The position numbers were made by a program, and so were the translations under genes. A DNA stretch of 64,000 bases from Patescibacteria group bacterium (GTDB lineage Bacteria > Patescibacteriota > UBA1384 > CAJBMM01): contig JBAZWC010000001.1 of assembly GCA_041660565.1 (NCBI GenBank), forward strand, positions 366,481 to 430,480, given 5' to 3'. Of the stretch, positions 53,505 through 63,221 are shown piece after piece. Each line of letters begins with the position of its first letter. The stretch's first letter is position 1. The notes under the pieces are model-generated. The model saw only the letters and a list, made by a program, of their open reading frames with translations, made no database searches and had not been told where the DNA came from.

Positions 53505-55727
53505 TTACAAGCTATTATGCTTGTGTAATATGGCGGTAATAAACAGTTTAATTGCTTGGCGGCGCCAAATTGATACTCCGGCAAGAATCAGCAGAATTGT
53601 GCCAGACCCAGCTCCAACCGCCAATTTCATATCATCATTCTTTTTCTGTTCGTCGGTTGATGTTTCTAGCACCGGTGGAGATATTTTTGGCGTCGGAGTA
53701 GCGGTGGGAGCAACGGCGATATACGTTAATTTAAGCGTAGCGATAGTTTTACTATCCACCTGAACCGTAGCGGTGCGATCTCCCACTTCTGTTGATGAGA
53801 TTTCGGTAAACCACTCCGGACCAACCATCACGGTTTTGCCAACCGTAGTCTGACCACCACCCATCAAAATTGCCGGCGTACGATCGGTTAAGAACTTGTC
53901 GCTGGCATCTTTTATGCCCACCACAATACGATAAACCGATGTCCCATCGGCGGGAATGTTCGTTCCATCTAACCTGACGTATGTTTTTGTTTGGTCAAAT
54001 GGCGTTTTCGGCACCGCGGTTGCGGTAGATTTTTTCTTGGTTGAGGTAGAAGTAGATGTAGATGTAGAAGTGCTGCTTGCCCCTTGGCTGGTTGACGCGG
54101 CGGGAGTATCGGTACAACTTACCCCGGCAGCGTACGCTGGCGACTCACCAAAAGTTCTGGACGCGCCGCATAGTGTAGCGGTATCGCTTCCCGATGCCTT
54201 CCAGTAAGCAATGGTCGAACTATATTGATATGCGTACAGGTCTGAGCTACCGGTAATTGCAATTAATTCATCCACCGTACCATTGGCGCTGGCCGATCCA
54301 CCCTGACGGTCGATTACAAATGAGTTGAACGAGATAGGAAAATCAATATTACCATTCCCGCCCCAGCTAACCCATGCCGTGTCGGTACCAATACTAAACT
54401 GCTTGTAACTCCAACCCGAAGCAATACTGCCCAAATCTGTTTGAAACGTCTCACCATCTTTATCTTTAAATCTAAATTTCCATACGTTTTTAGTATCGTC
54501 ACCGTTAAACCAAGCAGCCAGCGCTGTTGGAGTTCCAGCAATTGGCATATTTCGCTCCGCCACTGCGTACGCAGAATCGGCGGTAAAATTGTATGATATC
54601 TTCATACCACTACCCGTGTATCCACCGGATGACGATAGCGATGTCGAACCGTTTGAGGTGCCATCGGTTTTCCAAGCCGAGCTCACCGCGTCAAAATTAT
54701 CCAATGTGGTTTTTGACTGAGGCGATAATTTAGTTCCGGTTCCCAAACCCGAAACATTAGAGATAACTTCTTTGACTTTTTCGAACGATTCTTTGTTAGA
54801 AAAACCAGATGTCAGCAAGCCGTAGCTATCGCCCTCATCATACAAACGATAAATAAACATCTTCTCTACCTTAGAAACGCTCTTTGCCATCAGCAACGTT
54901 CTGGCCAGCCAATTAGCTTGGCCACTGGTACCTTCCGCAGAAGATTGGTAGCCAATTTCAGTGATCCAGATATCTTTACCGCCACCATTTTTGTTAATGT
55001 TTCCTACCACCCGGTCTAGTTCACCCACCAAATCACCCCCGCCAAAGTTCACTTTTTCCGGATTGCCGGAGTGATAAACGTGCAAACCAATATCATCAAA
55101 CGCAGCCCAGCCTCCGGCAGTTTTAATTCCATCCCAAAAATTTGTAGCCTCAATACGAGAGGTTAACCCTGAACAAATAATCTTTGCCGATGGATTTATC
55201 CCTTTGATAATCGGATTAGCTTCATTTAAATACGTGGTGTAGTCGGCAGCTGAAAGATAGTTGTCGGCTTCATTCATAATTTCCCACGCCGCAACACCAC
55301 TGCCAAAATGTGAAACCACCAAATTAACGTAAGCTGTCCACGTTTCGTGTGAGGTACCGGCGCCCGGGTAGGTCAGTAACCCTAAGATTTTTAGACCAGA
55401 CGCACTCGATTTAGCATAAGCGGCGTCGTAAGGGGTAAAATCCATATTGGCAGAATAGGTGTATTCGTGGCGAATCCAGCCGAAACCGGCTTCGGTTACT
55501 TTACTGTTTGCGGTTGATTTGGCAGCATCACCTTGAAGAGACGACACCGCGTCGTTTACTCCAAATTCAGAAGACAGACCGGCGGCGTGAGAAGTGGTAA
55601 TTGGTGCTAGTTCGGTATAGTTGATATCGGTTAACGGCATTGCATTAAATGAAATAATTAAAGCAACCAAGGTACCTTTAATTAAGCCAACCGCAACACT
55701 TGCCCCGTATCGATGTTTCTTTGTCAT
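53505..55727 (-). CDS. Secreted glycoside hydrolase family 5-like enzyme with C-terminal beta-rich domain, Ser/Thr linker and C-terminal TM anchor
   Basis: WEIMNEADNY (NE acid/base) and IWITEIGYQ (TE nucleophile) GH5 motifs. Signal/anchor at the start MTKKHRYGASVAVGLIKGTLVALIISF. C-terminal TM TILLILAGVSIW. The track ORF extends upstream into a repeat. Confidence 0.75.
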   Translation of the reverse strand: MTKKHRYGASVAVGLIKGTLVALIISFNAMPLTDINYTELAPITTSHAAGLSSEFGVNDAVSSLQGDAAKSTANSKVTEAGFGWIRHEYTYSANMDFTPYDAAYAKSSASGLKILGLLTYPGAGTSHETWTAYVNLVVSHFGSGVAAWEIMNEADNYLSAADYTTYLNEANPIIKGINPSAKIICSGLTSRIEATNFWDGIKTAGGWAAFDDIGLHVYHSGNPEKVNFGGGDLVGELDRVVGNINKNGGGKDIWITEIGYQSSAEGTSGQANWLARTLLMAKSVSKVEKMFIYRLYDEGDSYGLLTSGFSNKESFEKVKEVISNVSGLGTGTKLSPQSKTTLDNFDAVSSAWKTDGTSNGSTSLSSSGGYTGSGMKISYNFTADSAYAVAERNMPIAGTPTALAAWFNGDDTKNVWKFRFKDKDGETFQTDLGSIASGWSYKQFSIGTDTAWVSWGGNGNIDFPISFNSFVIDRQGGSASANGTVDELIAITGSSDLYAYQYSSTIAYWKASGSDTATLCGASRTFGESPAYAAGVSCTDTPAASTSQGASSTSTSTSTSTSTKKKSTATAVPKTPFDQTKTYVRLDGTNIPADGTSVYRIVVGIKDASDKFLTDRTPAILMGGGQTTVGKTVMVGPEWFTEISSTEVGDRTATVQVDSKTIATLKLTYIAVAPTATPTPKISPPVLETSTDEQKKNDDMKLAVGAGSGTILLILAGVSIWRRQAIKLFITAILHKHNSL

Positions 55728-55747
55728 AATACTATTGTAACAGAGAC

Positions 55748-55940
55748 AATTTAAATTGTCATTCCCGCCCCGAGGCAATGCTCGGGGTAAACTTCGGCGG
55801 GAATCTGGTGCCAACCATCCCGAACTTGCTTCGGGGCAGCCTAAAACTAAGATTCTTTTCTGGATCCCCGAATAGAATGTCGGGACGCTAAGCGTTCCTT
55901 TGCCCCGCTCAGCGGGGCGGGGATGACAGCTCGTGATATT
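55748..55940. repeat. Compound palindromic repeat block (gtcattcccgcc…ggcgggaatc, gggacgcTAAgcgttcc, ccccgcTCAgcgggg, gggatgacagctcg)
   Basis: Multiple nested hairpins shared with 53399-53495, 27510-27597 and 59017-59052. Confidence 0.55.
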
Positions 55941-55943
55941 TAT

Positions 55944-56600
55944 CTAATCTTTAATCTCAAACTTATCGCGGTGATGGATAGTGCTATCACCTTCTGAAAC
56001 CAAATAAAACATCGAAAACGATGCCGGTACATTTGGCTCGTTGACGATGTCGTTAAAAGCGGTAATTAAATCGATATGCGATAAATAGATTCGATTATAG
56101 TCTTGTTCGTCTTTGCCTACCGGAGAATCATCTCTGTTAACTCCGCCTAAACGCACCGCCGTCACCTGTAAATTGTGATATCGAGCGTAATATTTTCCCA
56201 GTTCTTCAAGATAAACTTTAGTGGCACCATATAAACTGGTTGGCATGGTGTGATCGGACGCCGAAATAACTCCTTCGTGCCCACGATACTCGCGCACGTG
56301 AACCGATGATGCTAAAACAACGTGTTTAATATTGTATCGAACCGCCACCTCTAGCACGTTTAGCGCCATTACAATGTTATCCGGGTCAAATTGGCCTTCG
56401 CTGTAAATGTCGCTGTCTTTCCATGCCAAATGAACCAGACAGTCAGTGTCCTTAGGCACGCACTGCGACAGCAATTCTAAATTGGTCATATCACACTGCA
56501 AACGGGTTAGCGGAGTTACGTCGTGAAAGTTGGCTAATCCGTCAACAAGCACACTTCCAACTACTCCGGTTGCTCCGGTGATGACTATATTTTTAGACAT
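55944..56600 (-). CDS. NAD(P)-dependent epimerase/dehydratase-family (extended SDR) protein
   Basis: ITGATGVVGSVL Rossmann motif. YGATK catalytic YxxxK. Confidence 0.75.
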   Translation of the reverse strand: MSKNIVITGATGVVGSVLVDGLANFHDVTPLTRLQCDMTNLELLSQCVPKDTDCLVHLAWKDSDIYSEGQFDPDNIVMALNVLEVAVRYNIKHVVLASSVHVREYRGHEGVISASDHTMPTSLYGATKVYLEELGKYYARYHNLQVTAVRLGGVNRDDSPVGKDEQDYNRIYLSHIDLITAFNDIVNEPNVPASFSMFYLVSEGDSTIHHRDKFEIKD

Positions 56601-56729
56601 TTAGATCTCCAATATCCTTTATAGTGTACCACATTTTGAGGATGTAGGATAGGGGGAAAGAATCAGGGCGGCGGAAATTCTTGCACCCTCGGGGAGAAAT
56701 ACGTTCACACCTGTGATTTCAACTCAGTT

Positions 56730-57962
56730 TTATTGTTCGTTTTGATATAAATCATCCAAATATTTTAAATTTTCAGGGAGATTTTTTAATAACGATAGCG
56801 GCAAATCCATTTCCCGTTCCTCATCGATCGCTGATTTTATTGAATCGACGCCAGGCCCGTGATCTTGTTCGACCCGCTGAACAACCCGCTTTAAGGGAAA
56901 ATGACTAAAATGCAAGCTACCCAACTCAATCGCCGCCCTCAAAAGATAATATCTATTATTCGGTTCGTTAAGATCAGGATTATCACGGCTTTTCCAGTCA
57001 AAACAACCTTTAATAAATTGTTTCTGCAAATCTGGGTTTGCCCACACCTTTCCGAAATACTGTTGAATGTCTCGTATCAAACCTAGAATTGGATAGTGTG
57101 TCGCGGATGCAGCTTCGAAATCAATCATCAGGTCAGGTTCTTGACCATCTTGGCTGTTGGCCCGAAAAAAGATGTTTTGAATGCCGGCGTCATTGTGAAC
57201 AAAATACTCATCATCTTGTTTTGGGAAGTGTTCAATTAATAGGTCTATTAGTTGCGGGAGTCGGGAAAACTCTCGAGCCAACTCGGCAACGTCAACCGAG
57301 TCACCGACGACTTGTTGCAGATTCTCAACTATCCCGGGATAATCGATAAATGACCGCCTTTGGTCAATCCCGTTTTTGAGTGACTCCGGGGAATCAACCA
57401 TCTGGCTCCACCCCTCAGCGCCTCTGTGCAAAAATCGAGTCGCGTCCTCATCCGACGGCAATTTGGCAAAACCATGGGACATTAGAGTTTGCGCAGATCG
57501 CGAACCATATTTTTGAGCTTCTTCATCACTCAAACCCGAAATATCCTCGTAGCTAACAAATGCACTGCCATCTTCAGATGATAATTTATCAAAAACTACC
57601 ATCCCGTGCTCCGAATCAATTTCAGAATACGGCAGAGAGACACCTGTGGTGTCGAAACCTAGATCTTGGGCTAGCAATGTGTTTGACACTTCCCGGGCTA
57701 GCTGGAGTTTGTGATTCGGCTCTTTCGCAATTTTCCCAAAGCATTGTTTGGTAAAAAAATAGGCGTATCGATCACCTTTAATGAACCCCTCTAAGTTAGT
57801 AAATTTGATTTCTTCTGGGCTAATCTGCAGCTTTTCCGCCACCGACAGGTGAATTTTTTGCTCTGGCTCTGATAGCATCGATTCTTCGTGGCCTATTGAT
57901 TCACTCAGCATGATGTAACCTTTTCCAGCCACGCAACCATCTTTCGAACATTTTCTGCTCAT
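56730..57962 (-). CDS. Phosphotransferase (APH/choline-kinase-like protein-kinase fold) family protein
   Basis: FVHNDAGIQNIFF (HxDxxxxN catalytic loop) and LMIDFEAAS (DFE/DxD metal-binding motif). Confidence 0.6.
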   Translation of the reverse strand: MSRKCSKDGCVAGKGYIMLSESIGHEESMLSEPEQKIHLSVAEKLQISPEEIKFTNLEGFIKGDRYAYFFTKQCFGKIAKEPNHKLQLAREVSNTLLAQDLGFDTTGVSLPYSEIDSEHGMVVFDKLSSEDGSAFVSYEDISGLSDEEAQKYGSRSAQTLMSHGFAKLPSDEDATRFLHRGAEGWSQMVDSPESLKNGIDQRRSFIDYPGIVENLQQVVGDSVDVAELAREFSRLPQLIDLLIEHFPKQDDEYFVHNDAGIQNIFFRANSQDGQEPDLMIDFEAASATHYPILGLIRDIQQYFGKVWANPDLQKQFIKGCFDWKSRDNPDLNEPNNRYYLLRAAIELGSLHFSHFPLKRVVQRVEQDHGPGVDSIKSAIDEEREMDLPLSLLKNLPENLKYLDDLYQNEQ

Positions 57963-58228
57963 TCAAACTATTTTCCGCTGGCGGTTCTACACCCTTTTCG
58001 ACCAAACGGGGATATACTTCTGTCCGATATTGAATAATGGTTGGCTCTTGAATGTTCATAAAATAATTATGAGTTCTATTTTCTGATAATTCAAGCAGCC
58101 CCTCTTGCACCCCCGAGGTGAAACATGTTCACGCCTATGATCTTGACAAAAAATAAACGTACAAATAACTACATGGCAAATATAAAGAATCAGGGCGGCG
58201 GAAAAATCTCCGTCGCCCTCGGCTTGTA

Positions 58229-58444
58229 TTACGCCGCCTTAGCGCGAAACTTCAGGGAACCCCGAAGCCACATGGCGGCCTCGATAGCCCTCATCGCCTG
58301 CGACTCGTTGAAGATGAACTCGACACGTTGCTCGCGGCACTCCGAACACCTGACCTGCCTAATGACCGCCTTGCCGTCTTCTTCGGTGGCAACGTATCCG
58401 CTCGGTAGAATCTTGTTCAGCGCCTCAATCAAATCCACCTGCAT
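58229..58444 (-). CDS. Hypothetical small high-GC protein
   Basis: 71 aa ORF with coding-like composition between repeat copies. Weak. Confidence 0.3.
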   Translation of the reverse strand: MQVDLIEALNKILPSGYVATEEDGKAVIRQVRCSECREQRVEFIFNESQAMRAIEAAMWLRGSLKFRAKAA

Positions 58445-58502
58445 CGCGCGTCTCCCTTGCGACCAGTTTGTAGCTATAATATATCAGTTTTGTGATCAGT
58501 CG

Positions 58503-58943
58503 TCAAACCTTTTTAAGGCTGGTTACTTGCCGTTGTTCTTTGGCGATGTCGCGTTTTTTGATTAGTTCGCGCTTATCATATTTTTTACGCCCCCGCCCAA
58601 CACCAATGTCTATTTTGGCTTTACCACGCTTAAAGTATAGATATAAAGGAATAAGGGCATATCCTTTTTGTTCTACCAGTCCAATTAGTCGGTTGATTTC
58701 GGATTTATGTAATAACAATTTCCGGGTGCGCGTGGGATTCTCCAAACCATTTAGCGATAAATTCATATTAATTAACCAAACTTCTCCACGCAAAACTCTA
58801 GCGTATGCCGCAGAAATATCAGCGCGCTTGGCACGAATAGATTTAATTTCACCCCCGGTTAACGCAATCCCCGCTTCAAAATGCTCGGTGATTTCGTAAT
58901 CAAACAATCCGCGCTTATTTTTGGCAATGGTGTTTTCGGTCAT
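58503..58943 (-). CDS. smpB: SsrA-binding protein SmpB
   Basis: …NKRGLFDYEITEHFEAGIALTGGEIKSIR…LLLHKSEINRL…KGKAKIDIGVGRGRKKYDKR is the canonical SmpB pattern. Confidence 0.9.
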   Translation of the reverse strand: MTENTIAKNKRGLFDYEITEHFEAGIALTGGEIKSIRAKRADISAAYARVLRGEVWLINMNLSLNGLENPTRTRKLLLHKSEINRLIGLVEQKGYALIPLYLYFKRGKAKIDIGVGRGRKKYDKRELIKKRDIAKEQRQVTSLKKV

Positions 58944-59138
58944 GATCTTACTATAAAATTTTTAAGCTCAAATGTCTAATATTCCTCCTCATCCGCCCTC
59001 CGGGCACCCCGCTAAGCGGGGTTGAGGGACGCTTAGCGTCCCACCTTCTCCTCTAGAGGAGAAGGGAGCTTCCAATTAAGCCAATCAATCCAATCAGACC
59101 AATTGTGATCAGAGAAAAAATCCTTTCCATCATTAAAA

Positions 59139-59195
59139 ATTAGATGCTTCGCATCGAAATCACTCGCAATTTGCTCGCGATTATCAAATTTCAAA
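59139..59195. repeat. Second copy of the 55-nt dnaG-rpoD spacer element, upstream of the P-type ATPase gene
   Basis: 50/55 identical to 51540-51595. Confidence 0.6.
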
Positions 59196-59204
59196 ATCTT
59201 ATAT

Positions 59205-59285
59205 TACATTTCTCCCTCCGGGCGTAGCCTACGGGCGGAGCCAACAGCTCGACAAGGCTCGTAGGGTCGAAATGACAGCTCAGAA
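59205..59285. repeat. Right-end fragment of the TTGTCATTTCGAC MITE-like element (…ccctccgggcgtagcctacgggcggagcc…gggtcgaaatgacag)
   Basis: Shares the TIR and the internal ccctccgggcgta…ctacggg module with 18796-18980 and 63021-63140. Confidence 0.5.
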
Positions 59286-59347
59286 AGTTTCGTGCTTAGA
59301 ATTTAGTGCTTAGTGCTTTTTCATTTTAGTTGCTAAAATGAAATGGT

Positions 59348-61840
59348 ATGGATGCTATTAATTTTAATTCAAAACAAACCGCGCTTTTAAACCGTCTTTA
59401 CTCATCACCAAACGGGCTAACCGCGGATGCTGTAAGACGTCGTCAAGCAAAATACGGCCCAAACAGCGTCGTCACCCAAACTCGCCGTACCCTCTTAATC
59501 AGTTTTTTGGAAAAATTTACCAATCCGTTAATCATCTTGCTACTATTCGCCTCATTTTTCTCGATGCTAACCGGTTCAATGTTAGATTTTGTAATGATAT
59601 TGATTATGATTTTGATCAGCGTGTCATTAGACGTCTATCTTGAACATCGCAGTGAGAAAGCGGCGGAGCGATTAAAACGACAAGTTGAGGTCAAAACCGA
59701 TGTAATGCGCAACGGGATGCTAACCGAAATCCCCTCAAAAGAGATCACGGTGGGAGATTTGATTTCTGTTGAGAGCGGTAGCGTTATCCCGGCCGATGTT
59801 AAAATTATCTCAATTAAAGATTTGCACATTGATGAATCAACGTTAACCGGCGAGTCGTTTCCACAAGAAAAAACCATGGGTCAGCTTGCGTACATGGGCA
59901 CATTGGTGGTAAATGGCGAAGGCTTTGCGGTGGTAGAAACCATCGGCAAAGATACTCGATACGGCAAAATCGCCACCGATCTGGCCAATGCCAGCCCCGA
60001 AACCAATTTTGAACGCGGTATTCGGCAATTCGGCTATTTGGTAATGAAAATTGCCATTTGCTTGGTGCTGGTGGTCTTCTTGATCAACAGTTTTAGCGGA
60101 CATCAGCTGATCGATTCTTTTCTTTTTGCCCTTGCTTTGGCTATTGGCATCACCCCGGAACTTTTGCCGATGATTATGACCGTAAACCTAGCCGAAGGGG
60201 CGCTAAAAATGTCTAGAAAAGGGGTGATTGTCAAACATTTGCCTTCGATTCATAACCTAGGCAGTATGAATATGTTGTGTACCGATAAAACCGGCACGCT
60301 GACGGAAAATAAAATCATCTTAGAAAAATACGAGAATTTTGACTTCAAAACCGACCGTAAAGTGTTGCAATTCGCTCATGCTAACTGCACTCATCAATCA
60401 AACATCCGCGGGCCACTGGAAGAAGCGATATTAAAACATCATGAGGTCAGAGACGCGTGGCAAAAAATTGATGAGATTCCGTTTGATTTTGTGCGCAAAC
60501 GCTTATCGGTGGTACTGAAAAAAGATGGCAAAACAATACTAATATGCAAAGGTGCATTAGAAGAAATGTTGCCTGAGCTTGATTTTTACGAACACGATGG
60601 AGTGGTTAAACCACTTACCACGCGTAGTAGGCAAAAAATTTCTGACCGCCTGTCTGAGCTAAGCAAAGATGGTTTTAGGGTATTGGCGGTGTCGTATCGC
60701 GAATTAAAAGCTAAAAATCAGCACGCTACTTATTCAAAAACCGATGAAAAAGATTTGATTTTCTTAGGACTTACCGCATTTCAAGATCCACCCAAGCAAT
60801 CAGCAAAAAGATCGCTTAAACAATTAGCCGCATCAGGTATCGGACTCAAAATATTAACCGGAGACAACCCCGAAGTTACAATGAAGGTATGTAAAGATCT
60901 GGATTTGGCCGTTTCCGGGGTTTGTATTGGAGACGATCTACTTCACTTATCTGAAGAAAAGCTGGTGGAAAAAATAAAAGCTAACACCATTTTTGCCAAG
61001 CTTACGCCGGATCAAAAAAAATTAGTCATTAGCACCTTACAGCGCAGCGGGATGGTGGTTGGTTACCTTGGAGACGGTGTGAACGACGCTTCGTCGCTCA
61101 AACAAGCCGATGTCGGGATATCTGTTGAAAACGCCACCGATGTAGCCAAGGAGTCCGCTGATCTCATTTTAATGCACAAATCACTAGAAGTACTGCTTGA
61201 AGGCGTAAAAGACGGACGCAAAGTGTTCATCAACACCACCAAATACATCTTTATGAACTTTGGCTCCAATTTTGGCAACATGATTTCAATGAGTGTGGCA
61301 TCATTCTTCCTCCCATTTATCCCCATGCTGCCAATTCAAATCATTTTAAACAACCTAATCTACGACGTCTCCCAGTTAAGCTTACCCACCGACAATGTAG
61401 ATAATTCGGAAACAGCCAAACCATTAAAGTGGGATATAAATCAAATTAAACGATTTATTTTTATTTTTGGCCCGGTCAGTTCAATTTTTGATATTCTTAC
61501 ATTTGTTGGCCTGCTGTATATTTTTCATTCCAGCGTAGGATCGTTTAGATCCGGATGGTTTATTGAGTCGCTTGCCACTCAAGCAATGGTAATGATTGTA
61601 CTTAGAACTAAGATTATACCGTTCTTTAAGAGCAAGCCGTCAATTTGGGTTAAGGTATCTGCTTCGGCAATCGTTATGTTTGCCATTATTATCAGTCAGA
61701 GCCCACTGGGGAAAATGTTCGAATTTAACGTCTTGCCAATTGGGTTTTGGCTATTTATGATTGTAGTGCTTGTCTTAAACGTGTTTGTTAATGAATTTGC
61801 CAAACACTGGTTTTATTCACGCGAATCACGGTTAGCTTAA
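59348..61840 (+). CDS. P-type cation-transporting ATPase (MgtA/Ca2+-type, 10 TM)
   Basis: N-terminal cation-ATPase domain. CTDKTGTLT phosphorylation motif. TGDNPEV and GDGVNDASSLKQADVGIS hinge motif. Confidence 0.9.
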   Translation: MDAINFNSKQTALLNRLYSSPNGLTADAVRRRQAKYGPNSVVTQTRRTLLISFLEKFTNPLIILLLFASFFSMLTGSMLDFVMILIMILISVSLDVYLEHRSEKAAERLKRQVEVKTDVMRNGMLTEIPSKEITVGDLISVESGSVIPADVKIISIKDLHIDESTLTGESFPQEKTMGQLAYMGTLVVNGEGFAVVETIGKDTRYGKIATDLANASPETNFERGIRQFGYLVMKIAICLVLVVFLINSFSGHQLIDSFLFALALAIGITPELLPMIMTVNLAEGALKMSRKGVIVKHLPSIHNLGSMNMLCTDKTGTLTENKIILEKYENFDFKTDRKVLQFAHANCTHQSNIRGPLEEAILKHHEVRDAWQKIDEIPFDFVRKRLSVVLKKDGKTILICKGALEEMLPELDFYEHDGVVKPLTTRSRQKISDRLSELSKDGFRVLAVSYRELKAKNQHATYSKTDEKDLIFLGLTAFQDPPKQSAKRSLKQLAASGIGLKILTGDNPEVTMKVCKDLDLAVSGVCIGDDLLHLSEEKLVEKIKANTIFAKLTPDQKKLVISTLQRSGMVVGYLGDGVNDASSLKQADVGISVENATDVAKESADLILMHKSLEVLLEGVKDGRKVFINTTKYIFMNFGSNFGNMISMSVASFFLPFIPMLPIQIILNNLIYDVSQLSLPTDNVDNSETAKPLKWDINQIKRFIFIFGPVSSIFDILTFVGLLYIFHSSVGSFRSGWFIESLATQAMVMIVLRTKIIPFFKSKPSIWVKVSASAIVMFAIIISQSPLGKMFEFNVLPIGFWLFMIVVLVLNVFVNEFAKHWFYSRESRLA

Positions 61841-61891
61841 ATTTAATATCATTATTCTAATTTAGGTTTATGATTAACATTAGAGGGGAAA

Positions 61892-62971
61892 ATGCTCGAA
61901 CGCAAAAGTGAATTAGTACTGAGTCCTAAAGATCTAAAACCATCAGACGAGCGATTAAAAGTAATCGGAGTTTTTAACCCCGGGGTTACTCGCTACAATC
62001 AAAAAGTAATTATGCTTGCTAGAGTGGCCGAGGCAGTAAAAAACGTTGAGCGAAATCAGACTTGCTCGCCCCGAATGGTGTTTAGCGAGCTCTCCAAAGT
62101 CAATCTAGAGGTAGATTGTTTTAGAACTGACGATGAAAACCATGACCCGCGAAAGGTAGCTTCAGACAATGGGCTGGTAAGGCTAAACTTTATTTCAAGG
62201 CTTGCATTAATTGAGTTAAACCAAAGCGGACAAGAAATAATTAAGGTTTCTTCGCCATCCGCGCTACAGCCCATAAATGAGTATGAGGAATACGGTGTAG
62301 AAGACCCACGCATCTCAAAAATTGATGATACGTTTTATATCACCTACGTTTCAGTCTCAAAAAAATGCGGCATTTGCACCTCGTTAATGTCTACCAAAGA
62401 TTTCGTCGATTTTAAGCGGTTAGGCATAATTTTTGATTTAGAAACCAAAGACGTAGTGCTGTTCCCTGAGCAAATTGACGGTAAATTCGCCGCGTACACT
62501 CGGCCATCCAGCCATACTCGGCTGCATCATTCTAATTTGCTATTGGCATATTCTACCGATCTAATTCATTGGGGAGAATATCAGCACGTGCTAACCAGTC
62601 CAGAGGTGGGATTTGATTCGAATAAACTTGGCCCAGGATGTCCACCGCTTAAAACCAAGCACGGTTGGCTTAATATCTATCATGGAGTAGAAAAAGTAGA
62701 TGATTCAGACTCAATTGGAGTGTATTCCGCCGGCGCCTTTTTGTCAGACCTAGACGACCCGTCGAAAGTGATTGCCAGAACAAAATCGGCCATTATGGCA
62801 CCGTTTGAATCGTTTGAAACCACCGGATTTGCCCCATACGTCGTGTTTCCTACCGGCGTAATTCAAGACCACTTAAACCCTGACATTTTACAAATTTTTT
62901 ACGGTGCCGCAGACACAGTAGTCGGCCGGGCGACAATCTCCCTAGCAGATGTAATTAACGCGATGGAATAA
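61892..62971 (+). CDS. Glycoside hydrolase family 130-like (beta-mannoside phosphorylase/glycosidase, DUF377) protein
   Basis: …VIGVFNPGVTRYNQKVIMLARVAE…EDPRISKIDDTFYITYV… five-bladed beta-propeller GH130 pattern. Confidence 0.75.
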   Translation: MLERKSELVLSPKDLKPSDERLKVIGVFNPGVTRYNQKVIMLARVAEAVKNVERNQTCSPRMVFSELSKVNLEVDCFRTDDENHDPRKVASDNGLVRLNFISRLALIELNQSGQEIIKVSSPSALQPINEYEEYGVEDPRISKIDDTFYITYVSVSKKCGICTSLMSTKDFVDFKRLGIIFDLETKDVVLFPEQIDGKFAAYTRPSSHTRLHHSNLLLAYSTDLIHWGEYQHVLTSPEVGFDSNKLGPGCPPLKTKHGWLNIYHGVEKVDDSDSIGVYSAGAFLSDLDDPSKVIARTKSAIMAPFESFETTGFAPYVVFPTGVIQDHLNPDILQIFYGAADTVVGRATISLADVINAME

Positions 62972-63020
62972 ATCAGATGACAGAGGACGGAAGACGGAAA
63001 ACTGAGAGTGTCATATTATT

Positions 63021-63140
63021 CTGTCATTTCGACTCTGCGAGAATGTCGATTCGAGCGTGTTGGCCTCCGGCTCGTAGACCCTCCGGGCGTAAGTCCTACG
63101 GGCTGGAGCCTACGGCTCGGAGAGAGAAATCTTAAAAAAG
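63021..63140. repeat. Left-end partial copy of the TTGTCATTTCGAC MITE-like element
   Basis: ctgtcatttcgactctgcgagaatgtcgattcgagcgtgttggcctccggctcgta… is about 85% identical to 18796-18850. Confidence 0.55.
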
Positions 63141-63221
63141 AATCCCATCCCGTAATTAAAAATTTCAAATTTCAAATTATCGCAATTGTACTGTCAACCC
63201 AGAATGTGATTAAATAGAAGT

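Noticed and set aside
63008-63217. ORF 63008-63217 and ORF 12342-12545
   Set aside because: They are encoded entirely by copies of the MITE-like/leader repeat and are likely non-coding.
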